Source of the DNA: a virus
Direction: 5' to 3' (one strand)
IMG/VR virus record: IMGVR_UViG_3300042691_037641
Location: 3,931 to 67,930 of that record
Length of the DNA stretch: 64,000 bases
The notes under the pieces are model-generated. The model did not search any database. It was not told the origin of the DNA and was given only the letters and a program-made list of their open reading frames with translations. The position numbers and the translations under genes were made by a program. This document shows, piece by piece, positions 30,804-42,176 of the stretch (positions are counted from its first letter, which is position 1; each line of letters starts with the position of its first letter).

Positions 30804-33800
30804 TGGCGATAAAGAAATTTACTTGTCCTCCCCAAGCTTCAGGTCAGGGTAGTTTTTCTGACAATCTCGTAGGTTTTCAATTAACCACGGGAGGAGGATT
30901 AACGCAAGCGAATTTTGAGTTTTCAACTAATGTTGTAGAAAAAGTTAACAGAACATTTAATACAGGTACGTTTTCAGACCCAGTTAGTTTAGATGCTTTA
31001 GGTATAGGGTCAGTAAACCAATCTAAGTTAATATTTGAGAATAATTTTAAAGTATATCCTAACTTTGATTTATCCCAAATAACAAACTTTGTTCAGTATG
31101 GTTCGATGTCCAAAAGGATGTCGGCATCAATTACCACGATTATAAGTAAGTTCCCAGCTGGTATTGAAGTTAATAAACTAGGTAAAGATTATAGTGACGG
31201 TGTTACCGCATTTAATGTTATATATTACCCAACCGATAATCAAAGTAGTATTGAAATATCGGTTGCTAAAATGGCAAATCCATTTGGTGTTGACTTTACA
31301 GTAAATGCCACTCGTAACCTACAATTGAAAGAAGTCCAAGTTTCACCACTCAGAAACATGACAGTGGAGTATGCGAAGTATTCATTGTATGTTAATGGGG
31401 TTGGGTATAACATCAAAAGAATTATTCCTACAGATAGTTTATCAACAGGGGTATTGAAAATATTTGTTGAGGGTAGACCATTCATAGGTACTTCTGAAAT
31501 TTTTGATACTTTAATATTGAGACCAAACGACCAAGAAGTATCAAGAGTATTTAACGAGGATTTGGATGAAGTAGAAAATTTCTTATTGAATAGAAATATA
31601 AGTCCCATATATACGGCGGCATTCAAAGTACCATTAGAAAGTGATGATGGTAGATTTTATGTTGCAACACAAAATATCACTTGGATGTTAGATGGTAAAT
31701 GGAATTTGGATATTAGGACGCCGAATTTCACAAACTATATTGAAAAAGTTGGTGAGGCGAGTGAGAATTTTGATGGGTATTTAACCAATTTGGTAAGTAG
31801 ATTTTTGGTAACAGGAGCATTCAAAGATTTTGACACCCAAGGACAAAAAGTTGAAAAAATATTACAAATATTTGGTAGAAGTTTTGATGACACCAAGAAG
31901 TATATTACGGCTTTGGGTTTTATGAATTCCGTAAATTATAATACCGGAAATGATATACCCTCACAGTTACTAAAAAATCTTGCTCAGACCTTAGGTTTCA
32001 ATACTGATATATCCCCAATAACAAATTCAGATTTTCTCAGTTCGGTATTTGGTCAAAAGAATAACGATAAATCTAGCTTTGCCGGTGTTTCAGTACAACA
32101 AACTCCTGATGAATTAAATTACCAATATTATAGAAACTTATGTTTAAACGCAGCGTTTCTATTCAAGTCAAAAGGGACACGTAAATCAATTGAGGTCTTA
32201 ATGAGACTGATTGGGGCACCTGATGCTCTTGTGGATTTTAATGAGTATGTGTATGTCGCCGACCAAAAAATTAAGTTGAGTCAATTCAATAAAAAGTTCG
32301 CACTAATATCAGGTGGTACTTATTTAGAACAAGGTTCGGTTTTAGACCCCACAGATATTTTCTCTATTTTTGGAGTTCAATATACAGGATTTACCACCAA
32401 CTTTATAATAGATGATGTTAATATTGGTATTGGGGCTTACCCAATCGACGGACAAGGGTATCCCATAGCACCAGACGATACCGAAAATTACTTCTTTCAA
32501 ATTGGTAGTGGATGGTTTGAATCAACACCAAAACACAGGTCACCCGCCCAACCTAATCTAACGAATAGTGTATTCACAGGTGCAAACCCAAACTATCAAA
32601 CAAGTTTAATACCTTATACATATGGTCAAATTTATTTAGATAGATATAGAAACTTCCCATATATGAACATGGGTTTCAAATTAACTCAAATACCTGACAA
32701 CAATAAGAGTTGGACCAATGATGAAATTGGACTTAGAGAAAATTTAGATGGTAATTTTAATGCAAGATATTATGTTGACAATGAAAAACTAGTATTGAAC
32801 GCAAAGAACATAGACCTATTCATGAACCCTGGTCAAGGGTTGTTATATGATGTATGGTACATGTCAAGACAGTTCAATTATCCAATCCCAAATCAGGGTC
32901 TTGCTTGGGTTCAACCAACAAGATGCAATCCTGAACCATACTCAATGTACCCAAGTAGAGATGGGGTCGATTGGACGGTTATCAATCCACAACCAAGACA
33001 GAAAACATTTTTTGAGTTTGCTCAAACATTTTGGCAAAATACAATCAATGTTAGAAACAGACAATACTTCGGAGCTTACCCAACACTAGAATCAATCTAT
33101 TGGAGATATCTTGAGTCACAGAAAAACGCCGGTATTGAAAACAACAACTTCAACTACCAAAGTATGATGGAATATGTTCAAGGAATGGGGGATTATTGGA
33201 TACGTCTTGTTGAACAAATGATACCGGCAACCACCTTATGGAATACAGGTATTAAATATGAAAATTCAATTTTTCATAGACAAAAATATGTTTGGAGAAG
33301 ACAAGCTGGTTGTCAATTAGTTGCGGTACCTTGTAAACCTTGCAGGGTTACTGATAACATATATAGTGATGATTGTCCTGTTCAGACTGCGAATTGTTCA
33401 TTATTCCCTTGGAATTCTACGTCAACTATACAAAGTTTTGATGCTATATTAGGTAATCTTGTAAATAAGTATTTAGAGCAAAATAATTTAACTTTTGGGC
33501 AATGTGTTTCGGATAGTATTAATTCAGCATGGTTTGTTGATATAAGATTACAAGGAATACAAATTATACAATATCCGTTTTTTAATGGTGTAGGGTATAA
33601 TTCTTCAGGATTGAGTTACCCTAGTAATTCACAATGGTATGATGGTATAAATGAAGCCCTCATGTCTTTATCTAATTTTGGTTATAGTTACTATTTAACA
33701 GAAGATAATACCGTTGTTATAATCAATAACGTGTGTTCTTTGAATAGTAGTGGTATCATATTCGAAATAAATGTTGGAATAGATTTTACAATAAGTTGTA

Positions 33801-33805
33801 GTTAA
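30803..33805 (+). CDS. Baseplate wedge protein (P2 gpI / T4 gp7-like region)
   Basis: LLKNLAQTLGF...YYRNL..NAAFLFKSKGTRKSIEVLMRLIG, and LVEQMIPATT. Confidence 0.65.
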   Translation: MAIKKFTCPPQASGQGSFSDNLVGFQLTTGGGLTQANFEFSTNVVEKVNRTFNTGTFSDPVSLDALGIGSVNQSKLIFENNFKVYPNFDLSQITNFVQYGSMSKRMSASITTIISKFPAGIEVNKLGKDYSDGVTAFNVIYYPTDNQSSIEISVAKMANPFGVDFTVNATRNLQLKEVQVSPLRNMTVEYAKYSLYVNGVGYNIKRIIPTDSLSTGVLKIFVEGRPFIGTSEIFDTLILRPNDQEVSRVFNEDLDEVENFLLNRNISPIYTAAFKVPLESDDGRFYVATQNITWMLDGKWNLDIRTPNFTNYIEKVGEASENFDGYLTNLVSRFLVTGAFKDFDTQGQKVEKILQIFGRSFDDTKKYITALGFMNSVNYNTGNDIPSQLLKNLAQTLGFNTDISPITNSDFLSSVFGQKNNDKSSFAGVSVQQTPDELNYQYYRNLCLNAAFLFKSKGTRKSIEVLMRLIGAPDALVDFNEYVYVADQKIKLSQFNKKFALISGGTYLEQGSVLDPTDIFSIFGVQYTGFTTNFIIDDVNIGIGAYPIDGQGYPIAPDDTENYFFQIGSGWFESTPKHRSPAQPNLTNSVFTGANPNYQTSLIPYTYGQIYLDRYRNFPYMNMGFKLTQIPDNNKSWTNDEIGLRENLDGNFNARYYVDNEKLVLNAKNIDLFMNPGQGLLYDVWYMSRQFNYPIPNQGLAWVQPTRCNPEPYSMYPSRDGVDWTVINPQPRQKTFFEFAQTFWQNTINVRNRQYFGAYPTLESIYWRYLESQKNAGIENNNFNYQSMMEYVQGMGDYWIRLVEQMIPATTLWNTGIKYENSIFHRQKYVWRRQAGCQLVAVPCKPCRVTDNIYSDDCPVQTANCSLFPWNSTSTIQSFDAILGNLVNKYLEQNNLTFGQCVSDSINSAWFVDIRLQGIQIIQYPFFNGVGYNSSGLSYPSNSQWYDGINEALMSLSNFGYSYYLTEDNTVVIINNVCSLNSSGIIFEINVGIDFTISCS

Positions 33806-36800
33806 TGGCGGTATGTTCTTTAAGATATAGTGTTTCAGTTACTGGTGATTGCCTCAACACTGGAGTTGGCGCATTTACGGTTTCTATTACGGGCACAACA
33901 CCACCATTTTATTATCAGTTTATATCTCCTTTTGATGACCCAATACCTGTTGCTTTAGGTAATGGGGTAACTTCATTAACAAGAACAAATCTAACACCAA
34001 ACACATATACACTTGTTTTATTTGATAGTTGCTCACCACCAACACAAGTAATTATTAATGCTGTAGTATCTGATGGAGTTTGTGTATCACTATTAACACA
34101 TGAAAATACCACTTGCGGATTACCAAATGGGTCAATTACCGCGACAACCGATAATAATTTAATTTCTACTCAGTATTTTCTTTATGAGAATACTAGAGGT
34201 TTAGTAAATTCTGGCTCATCTGTTTTAGATTATTTTATTTTTAATAATTTATCAGCCGGAACCTATTATGTAACAGTAAATGATGGAGGGGGGTGTAGCG
34301 GTAAATCAGAGAGTTGTATCATAAAACCGTCAACCGAGTTTGATTATGGTTTTTATGTTGTTGATGACTCAACCTGCACAAGTGAGGCGGGTAAAGTTTT
34401 TATTACGGGATTAACGGGATTTGCACCATATACTTATTCTTGGAGTAATGGAACATTTCAGTCATCAATTTCAGGACTAAGTAGTGGAATTTACAGTGTA
34501 AATGTTACTGACTCAACCGGATGTTTAGTATCTAAAAATGTAGTAGTTGGTACGGTGCCACAAGTAGGATTTGCTGAGATTATAACAATTGCTCCAAGTT
34601 GCTTTGGTAATGATGGTCAAATAACAGTAGTTGTCACCGGAGGTACTGCACCATATTATTATCAAGCCAGTAACGGACAAAGTTTAATTACATTTAGTGA
34701 AACATATACTCTTTCAGGGTTAGCTTCTAATAACTATGTTATAACAGTCACTGACGCCGCTTTATGCACACAGACAATTACACAACCATTAACACCCCCA
34801 AATGGGTTTACAATATTGAATGTCGGTATTATAAACTCAACCTGTAATAATTCGTCGGGGGCTATATCACCCATTACAATTTTGGGAGGTACCCCACCGT
34901 TTGTGTATAATTTAACTTATCCATCAGGTAACTCCATAGAACAAACGGTAAATGGATTCTCTAATCAATTTCAAGGGTTATCGGCAGGTACATATACATT
35001 AACTATATCTAATGGGCCTTGTATATTCTCAAACACATATACCATAAATAACACTGAAAAATATACTATAACAACCTCATCAACAGGGACTACTTGCCAA
35101 GGTAGTAATGGAAGAATTTCGGTTGCAGTATCATCTGGAGCAACATTACCACTAACATACCAATTAACAGGACAGCCAACTATAAGTAATACTTCACAAA
35201 CTGCGGTGACTTTTAATAATTTGTTTAGTGGTAATTATCAATTAACAGTTACTGACGCTCAATCTTGTACCCAAACTCAAACTATAAATGTTACAGCCAT
35301 TGATAGTATTGATTTTTCATTAGTGGGAACAAATTTGACAGGATTTAACAATGGAACAATACAATTATATATAACTGAAGGCCCCGCCCCTTACACAATT
35401 CAATGGAGCAATAATGTTAATGGTCAAACGGGAACAAGTATCAGTAATTTATCTGCCGGAACATATGGGGTACTAGTTACCGATTCAAATGGATGTCAAT
35501 TGTCAAGAGAAATTACACTCCAAGGTTACAATAACAGAGGAAGTTATGAGATTTATAATTACTGTCAATCAGAATTCGTATCCAACGGATTAACCATATT
35601 GAAAAAAACACAACAAATGTTTTTGGAGGGTTATTATGACTTATTATCAGGTGAAACGAATTGTGTTTTAAATGAGGCGACATTTATTGCTGAGGTGATA
35701 GTGGATGGTAATTCAATACAACAACAATTTTATGTTAGTAATAGTCTATCTGATTACCCAACAGACGAAATTTGGATTGATACAATAGAGGGTATGTTAT
35801 TGTCTTTCGAAGCGATTGGTAACGTAATAATAAACACCATAGATAATCAAATAACTATCGAAAGTAGCTGTAGTGATTTAGGATTATCTTTAAGTAACGC
35901 GGAAGTACAGGTAAACTTGAGAATTGAGTACGATGTTTCATGTGTTTGCTCAATTGAACCTACCCCTGGACCCGCGGTTGAGGAGTGTGATATGTTGTAC
36001 ATTAATGGCTCTAGTGAATTTTATATTTACACATTTTCATCTAATACAAGTACTTTGTTGACCGTGGACCAATATGATTTTAATAGCAATAGTATTGCCT
36101 TTACAACGAGTAAGTTGTGGGCTTATTTTGACAATGGTGTTTCTACAACGATAAGAGAATGGTATATATCTACTTCACAGTTTACTTCTATATTCAATAG
36201 ACAAATATTCATACCATTTTTACTTGGTGATGCGATATATGCTAAAAATGATAACTTACTAGTCGGTGTTAACGCTTCGGTTTCCCCAAATAGATTTGTT
36301 GAAATTGACATTACTGGTTTATCACCTGTAGTTACAAATAAAACTTATTTGGGAACAAATAGAAGTGTTTTAGGTAGTATTGCTAACAATGAAAACGGGC
36401 AATTTTTAATATTGCAAACAGACACTACGTTTGCCCCATTCAATGAGTACTATATAAGTTTGATTGATTCAGATAATTACAATAATTTATTTGATATCAA
36501 CATAACTTTATCCATATTTGGAGAACCTGCCGGTGTGTTCATGGACGGCTCTCAATATTATTTAGTTGATGACATTTCGAACATATACACAATATCTAAT
36601 ACACCTCCATATACTGTTACTCTTGACTCTACAGTTGGAGGAGCCAGCATCATAAATAGCTTAACACAGTTAAGTAGATGTTTTACAGAAATAATGGAAT
36701 TACCTTCAATAGTTTGTGGTGAGTCACCTGCGGTTTTATTGGCTACAGGGGATTTAGACGGAATATACGATACATACTTGGACTTAGGAGAGTCAACTGG

Positions 36801-37290
36801 AAATGTAGAAATAACATTTAACACAATTTTTGACCAAACTCCGGTAAGATACCAAATAATTTGGAATGGTAATATAGTTGCGGACTCATTATTCTTAGGA
36901 GAATTTATTTCCTCAAATCAAAATATGGTCGATGAAGTTTTAAATACCACAACTTTGAATAAATATGTGTACTATAATGGTAACGGTAACGCATCAACCG
37001 TACAACTTACCACAGATTGGTATACTAACGGACAAGAAATAAATGTTAACTATACATTATCTAATATTGCCGGTAATGAAGCTAGAGGAAATGGTGGTTC
37101 CCCAGGTCAAATAGGTGTTGTTCCCGATTATCCATTTGTAAATTCACCCGCATTTACACCTGATATTAAATTAGGATTTAATAAAACCTCAGCGGAGCCT
37201 AGATATGTAACAATAAGAGCAATAGGACTAAGTAGTGTTTCAGAAGGATTTAATTTTGCTTTTCAATTTGGAGTTACACTCTGCCCATGA
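33805..37290 (+). CDS. SprB-repeat fibre/adhesin-like protein with a putative beta-propeller
   Basis: Multiple SprB-type units (C...G.I.V...GGTAPY.Y.WSNG....I..LSAGTY.V.VTD..GC) at about 33835-35525, propeller-like module at about 35983-36690. No signal peptide. Confidence 0.7.
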   Translation: MAVCSLRYSVSVTGDCLNTGVGAFTVSITGTTPPFYYQFISPFDDPIPVALGNGVTSLTRTNLTPNTYTLVLFDSCSPPTQVIINAVVSDGVCVSLLTHENTTCGLPNGSITATTDNNLISTQYFLYENTRGLVNSGSSVLDYFIFNNLSAGTYYVTVNDGGGCSGKSESCIIKPSTEFDYGFYVVDDSTCTSEAGKVFITGLTGFAPYTYSWSNGTFQSSISGLSSGIYSVNVTDSTGCLVSKNVVVGTVPQVGFAEIITIAPSCFGNDGQITVVVTGGTAPYYYQASNGQSLITFSETYTLSGLASNNYVITVTDAALCTQTITQPLTPPNGFTILNVGIINSTCNNSSGAISPITILGGTPPFVYNLTYPSGNSIEQTVNGFSNQFQGLSAGTYTLTISNGPCIFSNTYTINNTEKYTITTSSTGTTCQGSNGRISVAVSSGATLPLTYQLTGQPTISNTSQTAVTFNNLFSGNYQLTVTDAQSCTQTQTINVTAIDSIDFSLVGTNLTGFNNGTIQLYITEGPAPYTIQWSNNVNGQTGTSISNLSAGTYGVLVTDSNGCQLSREITLQGYNNRGSYEIYNYCQSEFVSNGLTILKKTQQMFLEGYYDLLSGETNCVLNEATFIAEVIVDGNSIQQQFYVSNSLSDYPTDEIWIDTIEGMLLSFEAIGNVIINTIDNQITIESSCSDLGLSLSNAEVQVNLRIEYDVSCVCSIEPTPGPAVEECDMLYINGSSEFYIYTFSSNTSTLLTVDQYDFNSNSIAFTTSKLWAYFDNGVSTTIREWYISTSQFTSIFNRQIFIPFLLGDAIYAKNDNLLVGVNASVSPNRFVEIDITGLSPVVTNKTYLGTNRSVLGSIANNENGQFLILQTDTTFAPFNEYYISLIDSDNYNNLFDINITLSIFGEPAGVFMDGSQYYLVDDISNIYTISNTPPYTVTLDSTVGGASIINSLTQLSRCFTEIMELPSIVCGESPAVLLATGDLDGIYDTYLDLGESTGNVEITFNTIFDQTPVRYQIIWNGNIVADSLFLGEFISSNQNMVDEVLNTTTLNKYVYYNGNGNASTVQLTTDWYTNGQEINVNYTLSNIAGNEARGNGGSPGQIGVVPDYPFVNSPAFTPDIKLGFNKTSAEPRYVTIRAIGLSSVSEGFNFAFQFGVTLCP

Positions 37291-37320
37291 TAAAAAAATA
37301 AAATTGCAATAAATAATTAA

Positions 37321-39756
37321 ATGTCATTAACATATTACAATTTTGAAGTTTGTTGTCCAAATTTAGGAACAACTTTTTCGATACCGGGCATAGATGGGAC
37401 AGGTTTTATTGCTGGAGAAACATTCTATGTTGAATTATCCGTTTTTTCGGGGTGTGCGTATGCAATTAATAGTTCTTATATAGGGACGGGTGATTTATTC
37501 TATAATGAAACTGATTACACATTAACACCGTATAGTAGTTGTGGAGCGTGTACTGGAGCGACTGGAAGTTGTTTTCCTCCCGTACCAACCCCAACACCGA
37601 CAATTTACTATAGTTCTGACACAAGATGTGGTGATAATATCCTCAAAAGAAATGAATGTGACCCGATTGTGATATTCCCTATGGGTGTTCAGTGCATTGG
37701 GACCAACCCAACGCTGAGTACAATACCAAATGGTTCATTATCTCTTTTAATTACTGGAGGTACACCACCATATACAATAAGTTGGAGCACTGGAGGAAAT
37801 GGACTTTTTTTAACTGATTTGGCAGTAGGTAGTTACAGCTCAATAGTCGTTGATTTTTACGGTGATTTTACCGCCTATACAACTTGCACTTTGACAGCCC
37901 CAACACCCGTACCCACAGAAACTAGACTTACTAACACACCTACAGTAACACAAACCGTCACCCCAACCTCAGACCCAAACTATCCATCATTTTGTCTTAC
38001 TCTTACTATTGGTACTCCATCACAAACTGTTAATATGTATTTTACATATTCAGGTACCCTATTAAACAGTATGCCTCAGTATTTTAGTAACAATGATTAT
38101 TACCTTTATTGGTCCACAGAATTATATCCGAATAGTTGGGTTTTGGACGGACCATTGAGTGATGGTAATATTGTAAATTACAATAATACAATTACACCTT
38201 TAAGTGATTGGACATTTTTGAACCCTAATAATCAAGGCGCAATAAACGGAGTTTTAGGGGAATGTGCCGCTTACGATAATTTGTGTTTTTTCTATAGACA
38301 AATCAAGGGTCCGGGTAACCCGACATATGAGGGTAATGTGGAATTATTTTATAATGGTATGGTAAATGGATATCCATCTTGGCAATCGTCGGATGGAACA
38401 TTTATACTTTCATGGAATATCGCAAATAACAGATGGGTTTTGGATTTTACAACTAATCCTTCGTATGTTGACCCAATAAATAATAGTACAACAATACCAC
38501 CTTTAACTGGGTGGCAACAACCTGGTATGGTACCACCAAGTATCGCCGGTGCTTATATCGGTAATTGTACACCTACCACTACAAGTACTGCTGATGTATT
38601 GGGAGGAGGGTCAACAAGTACAGGAGGGGTTTCAACTGGAGGGGGGTTAGGAGGGTCAACATCAACTAATAATCCGTCTTCGGGTAACGTACCATTCACC
38701 GATGCTGTTGAAGACGGAAGAACTGGTAGTGGTGATAACACTTCAAATGTTAATCAGTGCGAATGTATTGCTGTAAGAACGATAAGCACGTATCCTGGAA
38801 CTGCTTTTTATACAGATTGTGACGGTAACCCAGCTCAAATTTCGGTACCTGGAGGGTCTGGTATAAATTCTAGGGCTTGTATATGTAGACGAATAGGTAC
38901 AATTGTAAGTGGTGGTGTATATGAGGAGCCGTGTCAATCGGTACAAGGTTCGAGCGGTGGTGCTACAATTACCAATAATTGTTTGGATATATTAGGTACG
39001 TGTGTTCAAAATGTCACAGGCGGAGGAACTAGAAGTGCTATTACTACTGCTCAAGATACTGGTATAATTAATGACGGCAATATTACACTTAGAGCAACTG
39101 GAGGGTATCCACCATATCAATACTCAATAGATGGTGGATTAACTTATAAAAGTACCCCTTTGTTTAATAAATTGGGTGCTGGAAGTTATACTACAGTCAT
39201 AAAAGACTCATCGGGTAATACCTTTACAAGTAGAGTTGTATTGTTAGCTCCACCAAGTCCTACAATTTACCAAGTATCATTACAAACAACTAATGTAATT
39301 CCAAGAAGTGGGATAAATACGACTAGCCGACAATTTACATCCACAATAAAAGTAACGCCAGAATTACCCGATGGAGTTCAGATAACTTTTGATTTAATAC
39401 ATACGAATACCTTCAAAAGAGCGCCAATATTAAGTGCGGCCACTTTGGTAACCAATACGTTGTTGAAGAAAAATTCTTTAAACTATAGTGCTAATACTAT
39501 CAATTCATCTACCGCAACCACACAAAATACAGTTTCAGGTTGTCAACAAAAAACAATATATATAAGTAATTTGACTGAGACTTGGTCATCAGTCAAACTA
39601 GTTAATTCGGACACTTTATCTTTAAATACTTCAACTACAGTCACAAGAAATTCTATAGATAAATGTTATGTGGGCGAATCAATTGACGACTTTATACTAA
39701 CTAATTTAACAATAAGCGGGTGTACAAATTGCGGCGTTGCAAACATTACAGTATAA
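37321..39756 (+). CDS. Modular Cys-rich fibre/adhesin-like protein with SprB-type units and Thr-Pro linkers
   Basis: ITGGTPPYTISWS and ATGGYPPYQYSIDGG units, PTPTPT linkers, N-terminal CC module, Gly/Ser/Thr linker. Confidence 0.65.
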   Translation: MSLTYYNFEVCCPNLGTTFSIPGIDGTGFIAGETFYVELSVFSGCAYAINSSYIGTGDLFYNETDYTLTPYSSCGACTGATGSCFPPVPTPTPTIYYSSDTRCGDNILKRNECDPIVIFPMGVQCIGTNPTLSTIPNGSLSLLITGGTPPYTISWSTGGNGLFLTDLAVGSYSSIVVDFYGDFTAYTTCTLTAPTPVPTETRLTNTPTVTQTVTPTSDPNYPSFCLTLTIGTPSQTVNMYFTYSGTLLNSMPQYFSNNDYYLYWSTELYPNSWVLDGPLSDGNIVNYNNTITPLSDWTFLNPNNQGAINGVLGECAAYDNLCFFYRQIKGPGNPTYEGNVELFYNGMVNGYPSWQSSDGTFILSWNIANNRWVLDFTTNPSYVDPINNSTTIPPLTGWQQPGMVPPSIAGAYIGNCTPTTTSTADVLGGGSTSTGGVSTGGGLGGSTSTNNPSSGNVPFTDAVEDGRTGSGDNTSNVNQCECIAVRTISTYPGTAFYTDCDGNPAQISVPGGSGINSRACICRRIGTIVSGGVYEEPCQSVQGSSGGATITNNCLDILGTCVQNVTGGGTRSAITTAQDTGIINDGNITLRATGGYPPYQYSIDGGLTYKSTPLFNKLGAGSYTTVIKDSSGNTFTSRVVLLAPPSPTIYQVSLQTTNVIPRSGINTTSRQFTSTIKVTPELPDGVQITFDLIHTNTFKRAPILSAATLVTNTLLKKNSLNYSANTINSSTATTQNTVSGCQQKTIYISNLTETWSSVKLVNSDTLSLNTSTTVTRNSIDKCYVGESIDDFILTNLTISGCTNCGVANITV

Positions 39757-39770
39757 AAAAAGTTTTTCTA

Positions 39771-39778
39771 TATTTATA
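39771..39778 (+). promoter_or_regulatory. TATTTATA motif, putative late promoter
   Basis: 4 nt before ATG 39783. Confidence 0.55.
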
Positions 39779-39782
39779 GACA

Positions 39783-42173
39783 ATGGGATATATACTCAAA
39801 AATACGTCAGGACTAATAAATACCAAACTAACTGACGCTGGAAGAAGAAAATTATCACAAGGTAAATTCAATATCTCCTACTTTCAAATAGGTGATAGTG
39901 AAGTTTCTTATAATGGTCTTGCCGATTTTTATAATCAGTATGATACAAATATTCTTGAAGCTGGATTTAATGACCAAAATAGTTCAGGTGTTCCGCAATC
40001 AAACAAACAATATGTAAAATACCCATACTATGTGGATGGTAATGGAGGTAATACTTATGGAATACCTTACATGGACTCTATTGTAAGTCCGGTATTCAAT
40101 ACCGCAGTTATAAGAGGTTTTTTTACTGACGGACCTCCATATTCGGTGTTAACGAATGGACAGTATGTTGTTAATTCTAATTATGTTACAAACATGTCAA
40201 CTATAGTTGGTACTGATAGAATTACAATTCAATATAGAGGATGTAATACAAATACAACAAGATTACCACAAGAGGGGGATTTGGTTACAATATATTATGA
40301 TGGAGCCGGTTTCTCAAATTGTGAGTGTAATCCGGTACAATTTCCTCCTGCCGCAACACCGGCCCCTTCACCATCAGCCTCAGCTGCGGTACCTGAACCA
40401 TTCCCTTGTTTAGTTACACCAACACCCAGTCCCACAAACCCACCGTGTCCTGAGCCCACACCTGTTCCTTTGTGTCCCCCTGAACCGGCCCCTAATTGTT
40501 CTATGACAATGTCAAGTTGTTATCATATTTTAACTTATCGTATTATTGCGGTTTGTGGGACTGAAATACAACTTGATAGACCGGCACCGGATTTTACAAC
40601 ATTCAATAGCTCATGTTATGCTAGATTGTTGATTTATCCTCCTAATATGACTGAGATTTATGACAGTTATACACCCCAAGCTCATTGGAACGATGATGTA
40701 ATTAATTTTGAATCGATATGTGGTTATGACCAATTCGACGTTAAGATATGGAACATGAATATTCCTTGGTCAGAAGACCCCGCTGGACTAATACCATCTT
40801 TGTATAGAGGGTATTCGTACTTCAATTCAAGAAGTTATGTAGGGTCAAAAGAATTTTTTGGATATATGTCGGATAGTGGACAGACCGATAGTAGCTCGGT
40901 GTATTTTTATAATTCTTTTGACGATAGGATTACGGTAACACCACAAGAACAGAAAGCAATTGCAATTGTTCATTACACGAATAAAACAATAGATTTATTT
41001 TATGGTGAAAAATTTGCAATGGAGGCCACTGACCCAGATAATCCCGTAGAAACCACAGGACAGGCTAGGAACTTCAAAGTACATTTACCTTGGATTATGT
41101 GGCACAAAAATCCTGATTGTTGCAACGGACAAATTTTTTATGTTGACCCTCCTGGATTTGATGGATTAAACTTATTTCAAGTACAGTATCTTACATCAAA
41201 TAAGAACGAGGATATGAATGACCCTGGAATGAGATATTATCACTTGTGGGATACTAACGCTAATGATGACGGGTATCCAAGCCGAGTTGGTAAGGTATTC
41301 CCTGACCACAAATTGGTTATTTTTGATGACGATGAGATAATTGCTGCTATGTCATACAAATCTAACAGAAACTGGACATTACCCTCACCAAGGGTTTCAT
41401 TAGTGGCACCCAACACTTGTGGAGATGACAATTCCTCAACCACTGGTATATTATCAGGTAGTAACCAAACTATGTATATAACCTATAGATTTACAAATGA
41501 AAATGGGTTTACTAATTCTTTACACTGTAATTACTATATAAAACAACAAGGTCCTAATTTAGATTGTGGTAATCCTATATCACAAAATGTAAGTGTTAGA
41601 TTTGGTCCTGAGTTTCCGTGTTTGTCTTGTGTAGGGTGTGAAACAGGATGCGCGATGACTTCGGGATTTTTCGCAGAAAGTATAGAAATTATTTGTCAGA
41701 TAGTTGAAGGTAATCAAAGACCAATTCCTGATGAATGGAAGATTATTGATTATACATCACAGATAAGTAATACAATAGTTGATGGATGTATTTTACAAAG
41801 TGGTTTAACTGCTTCAACATTTGTTATAACACAAGAATTGTATGACGCAGCAGATTATTACAATTTGAATGATTATATACCTATGGTTACTTTAAATCCT
41901 TCAGGACAAACTTTAAATTTTGGTGATGAATATTATTTTTATGGAAACATAGAAACGGATATTCAGGCGACAATATATGAGATGAGGTATAAGGTAAATC
42001 TAAGTTTTTCTGAGTTTTTATCACCATCTAATCCCACATATAGAGGTGGTTCAAGTTACATAACCGACATTGGTCTTTACGATAATGAAAAAAATCTTAT
42101 GATTATATCAAAAATGCAGTCACCTGTATTGAGACAGGGTATTCAGCAGTTTTTGGTAAAATTTGATTTTTAA
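39783..42173 (+). CDS. Baseplate/tail-collar fibre-attachment protein
   Basis: N-terminal LTDAGRRKLSQG...FQIGDSE and C-terminal ITDIGLYDNEKNLMIISKMQSP resemble the two ends of the P2 gpH / DUF3751-type collar domain. Confidence 0.55.
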   Translation: MGYILKNTSGLINTKLTDAGRRKLSQGKFNISYFQIGDSEVSYNGLADFYNQYDTNILEAGFNDQNSSGVPQSNKQYVKYPYYVDGNGGNTYGIPYMDSIVSPVFNTAVIRGFFTDGPPYSVLTNGQYVVNSNYVTNMSTIVGTDRITIQYRGCNTNTTRLPQEGDLVTIYYDGAGFSNCECNPVQFPPAATPAPSPSASAAVPEPFPCLVTPTPSPTNPPCPEPTPVPLCPPEPAPNCSMTMSSCYHILTYRIIAVCGTEIQLDRPAPDFTTFNSSCYARLLIYPPNMTEIYDSYTPQAHWNDDVINFESICGYDQFDVKIWNMNIPWSEDPAGLIPSLYRGYSYFNSRSYVGSKEFFGYMSDSGQTDSSSVYFYNSFDDRITVTPQEQKAIAIVHYTNKTIDLFYGEKFAMEATDPDNPVETTGQARNFKVHLPWIMWHKNPDCCNGQIFYVDPPGFDGLNLFQVQYLTSNKNEDMNDPGMRYYHLWDTNANDDGYPSRVGKVFPDHKLVIFDDDEIIAAMSYKSNRNWTLPSPRVSLVAPNTCGDDNSSTTGILSGSNQTMYITYRFTNENGFTNSLHCNYYIKQQGPNLDCGNPISQNVSVRFGPEFPCLSCVGCETGCAMTSGFFAESIEIICQIVEGNQRPIPDEWKIIDYTSQISNTIVDGCILQSGLTASTFVITQELYDAADYYNLNDYIPMVTLNPSGQTLNFGDEYYFYGNIETDIQATIYEMRYKVNLSFSEFLSPSNPTYRGGSSYITDIGLYDNEKNLMIISKMQSPVLRQGIQQFLVKFDF

Positions 42174-42176
42174 TTT

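Noticed and set aside
18503-33805. Bacterial contractile injection system or T6SS locus
   Set aside because: The baseplate genes are interleaved with phage replication genes, and no cellular housekeeping or T6SS membrane-complex genes are present.
37308-37315. AATAAATA before gene 37321 as another instance of the upstream motif
   Set aside because: It is in the opposite orientation to the other instances and probably a chance AT-rich match. It is noted as a caution on motif specificity.
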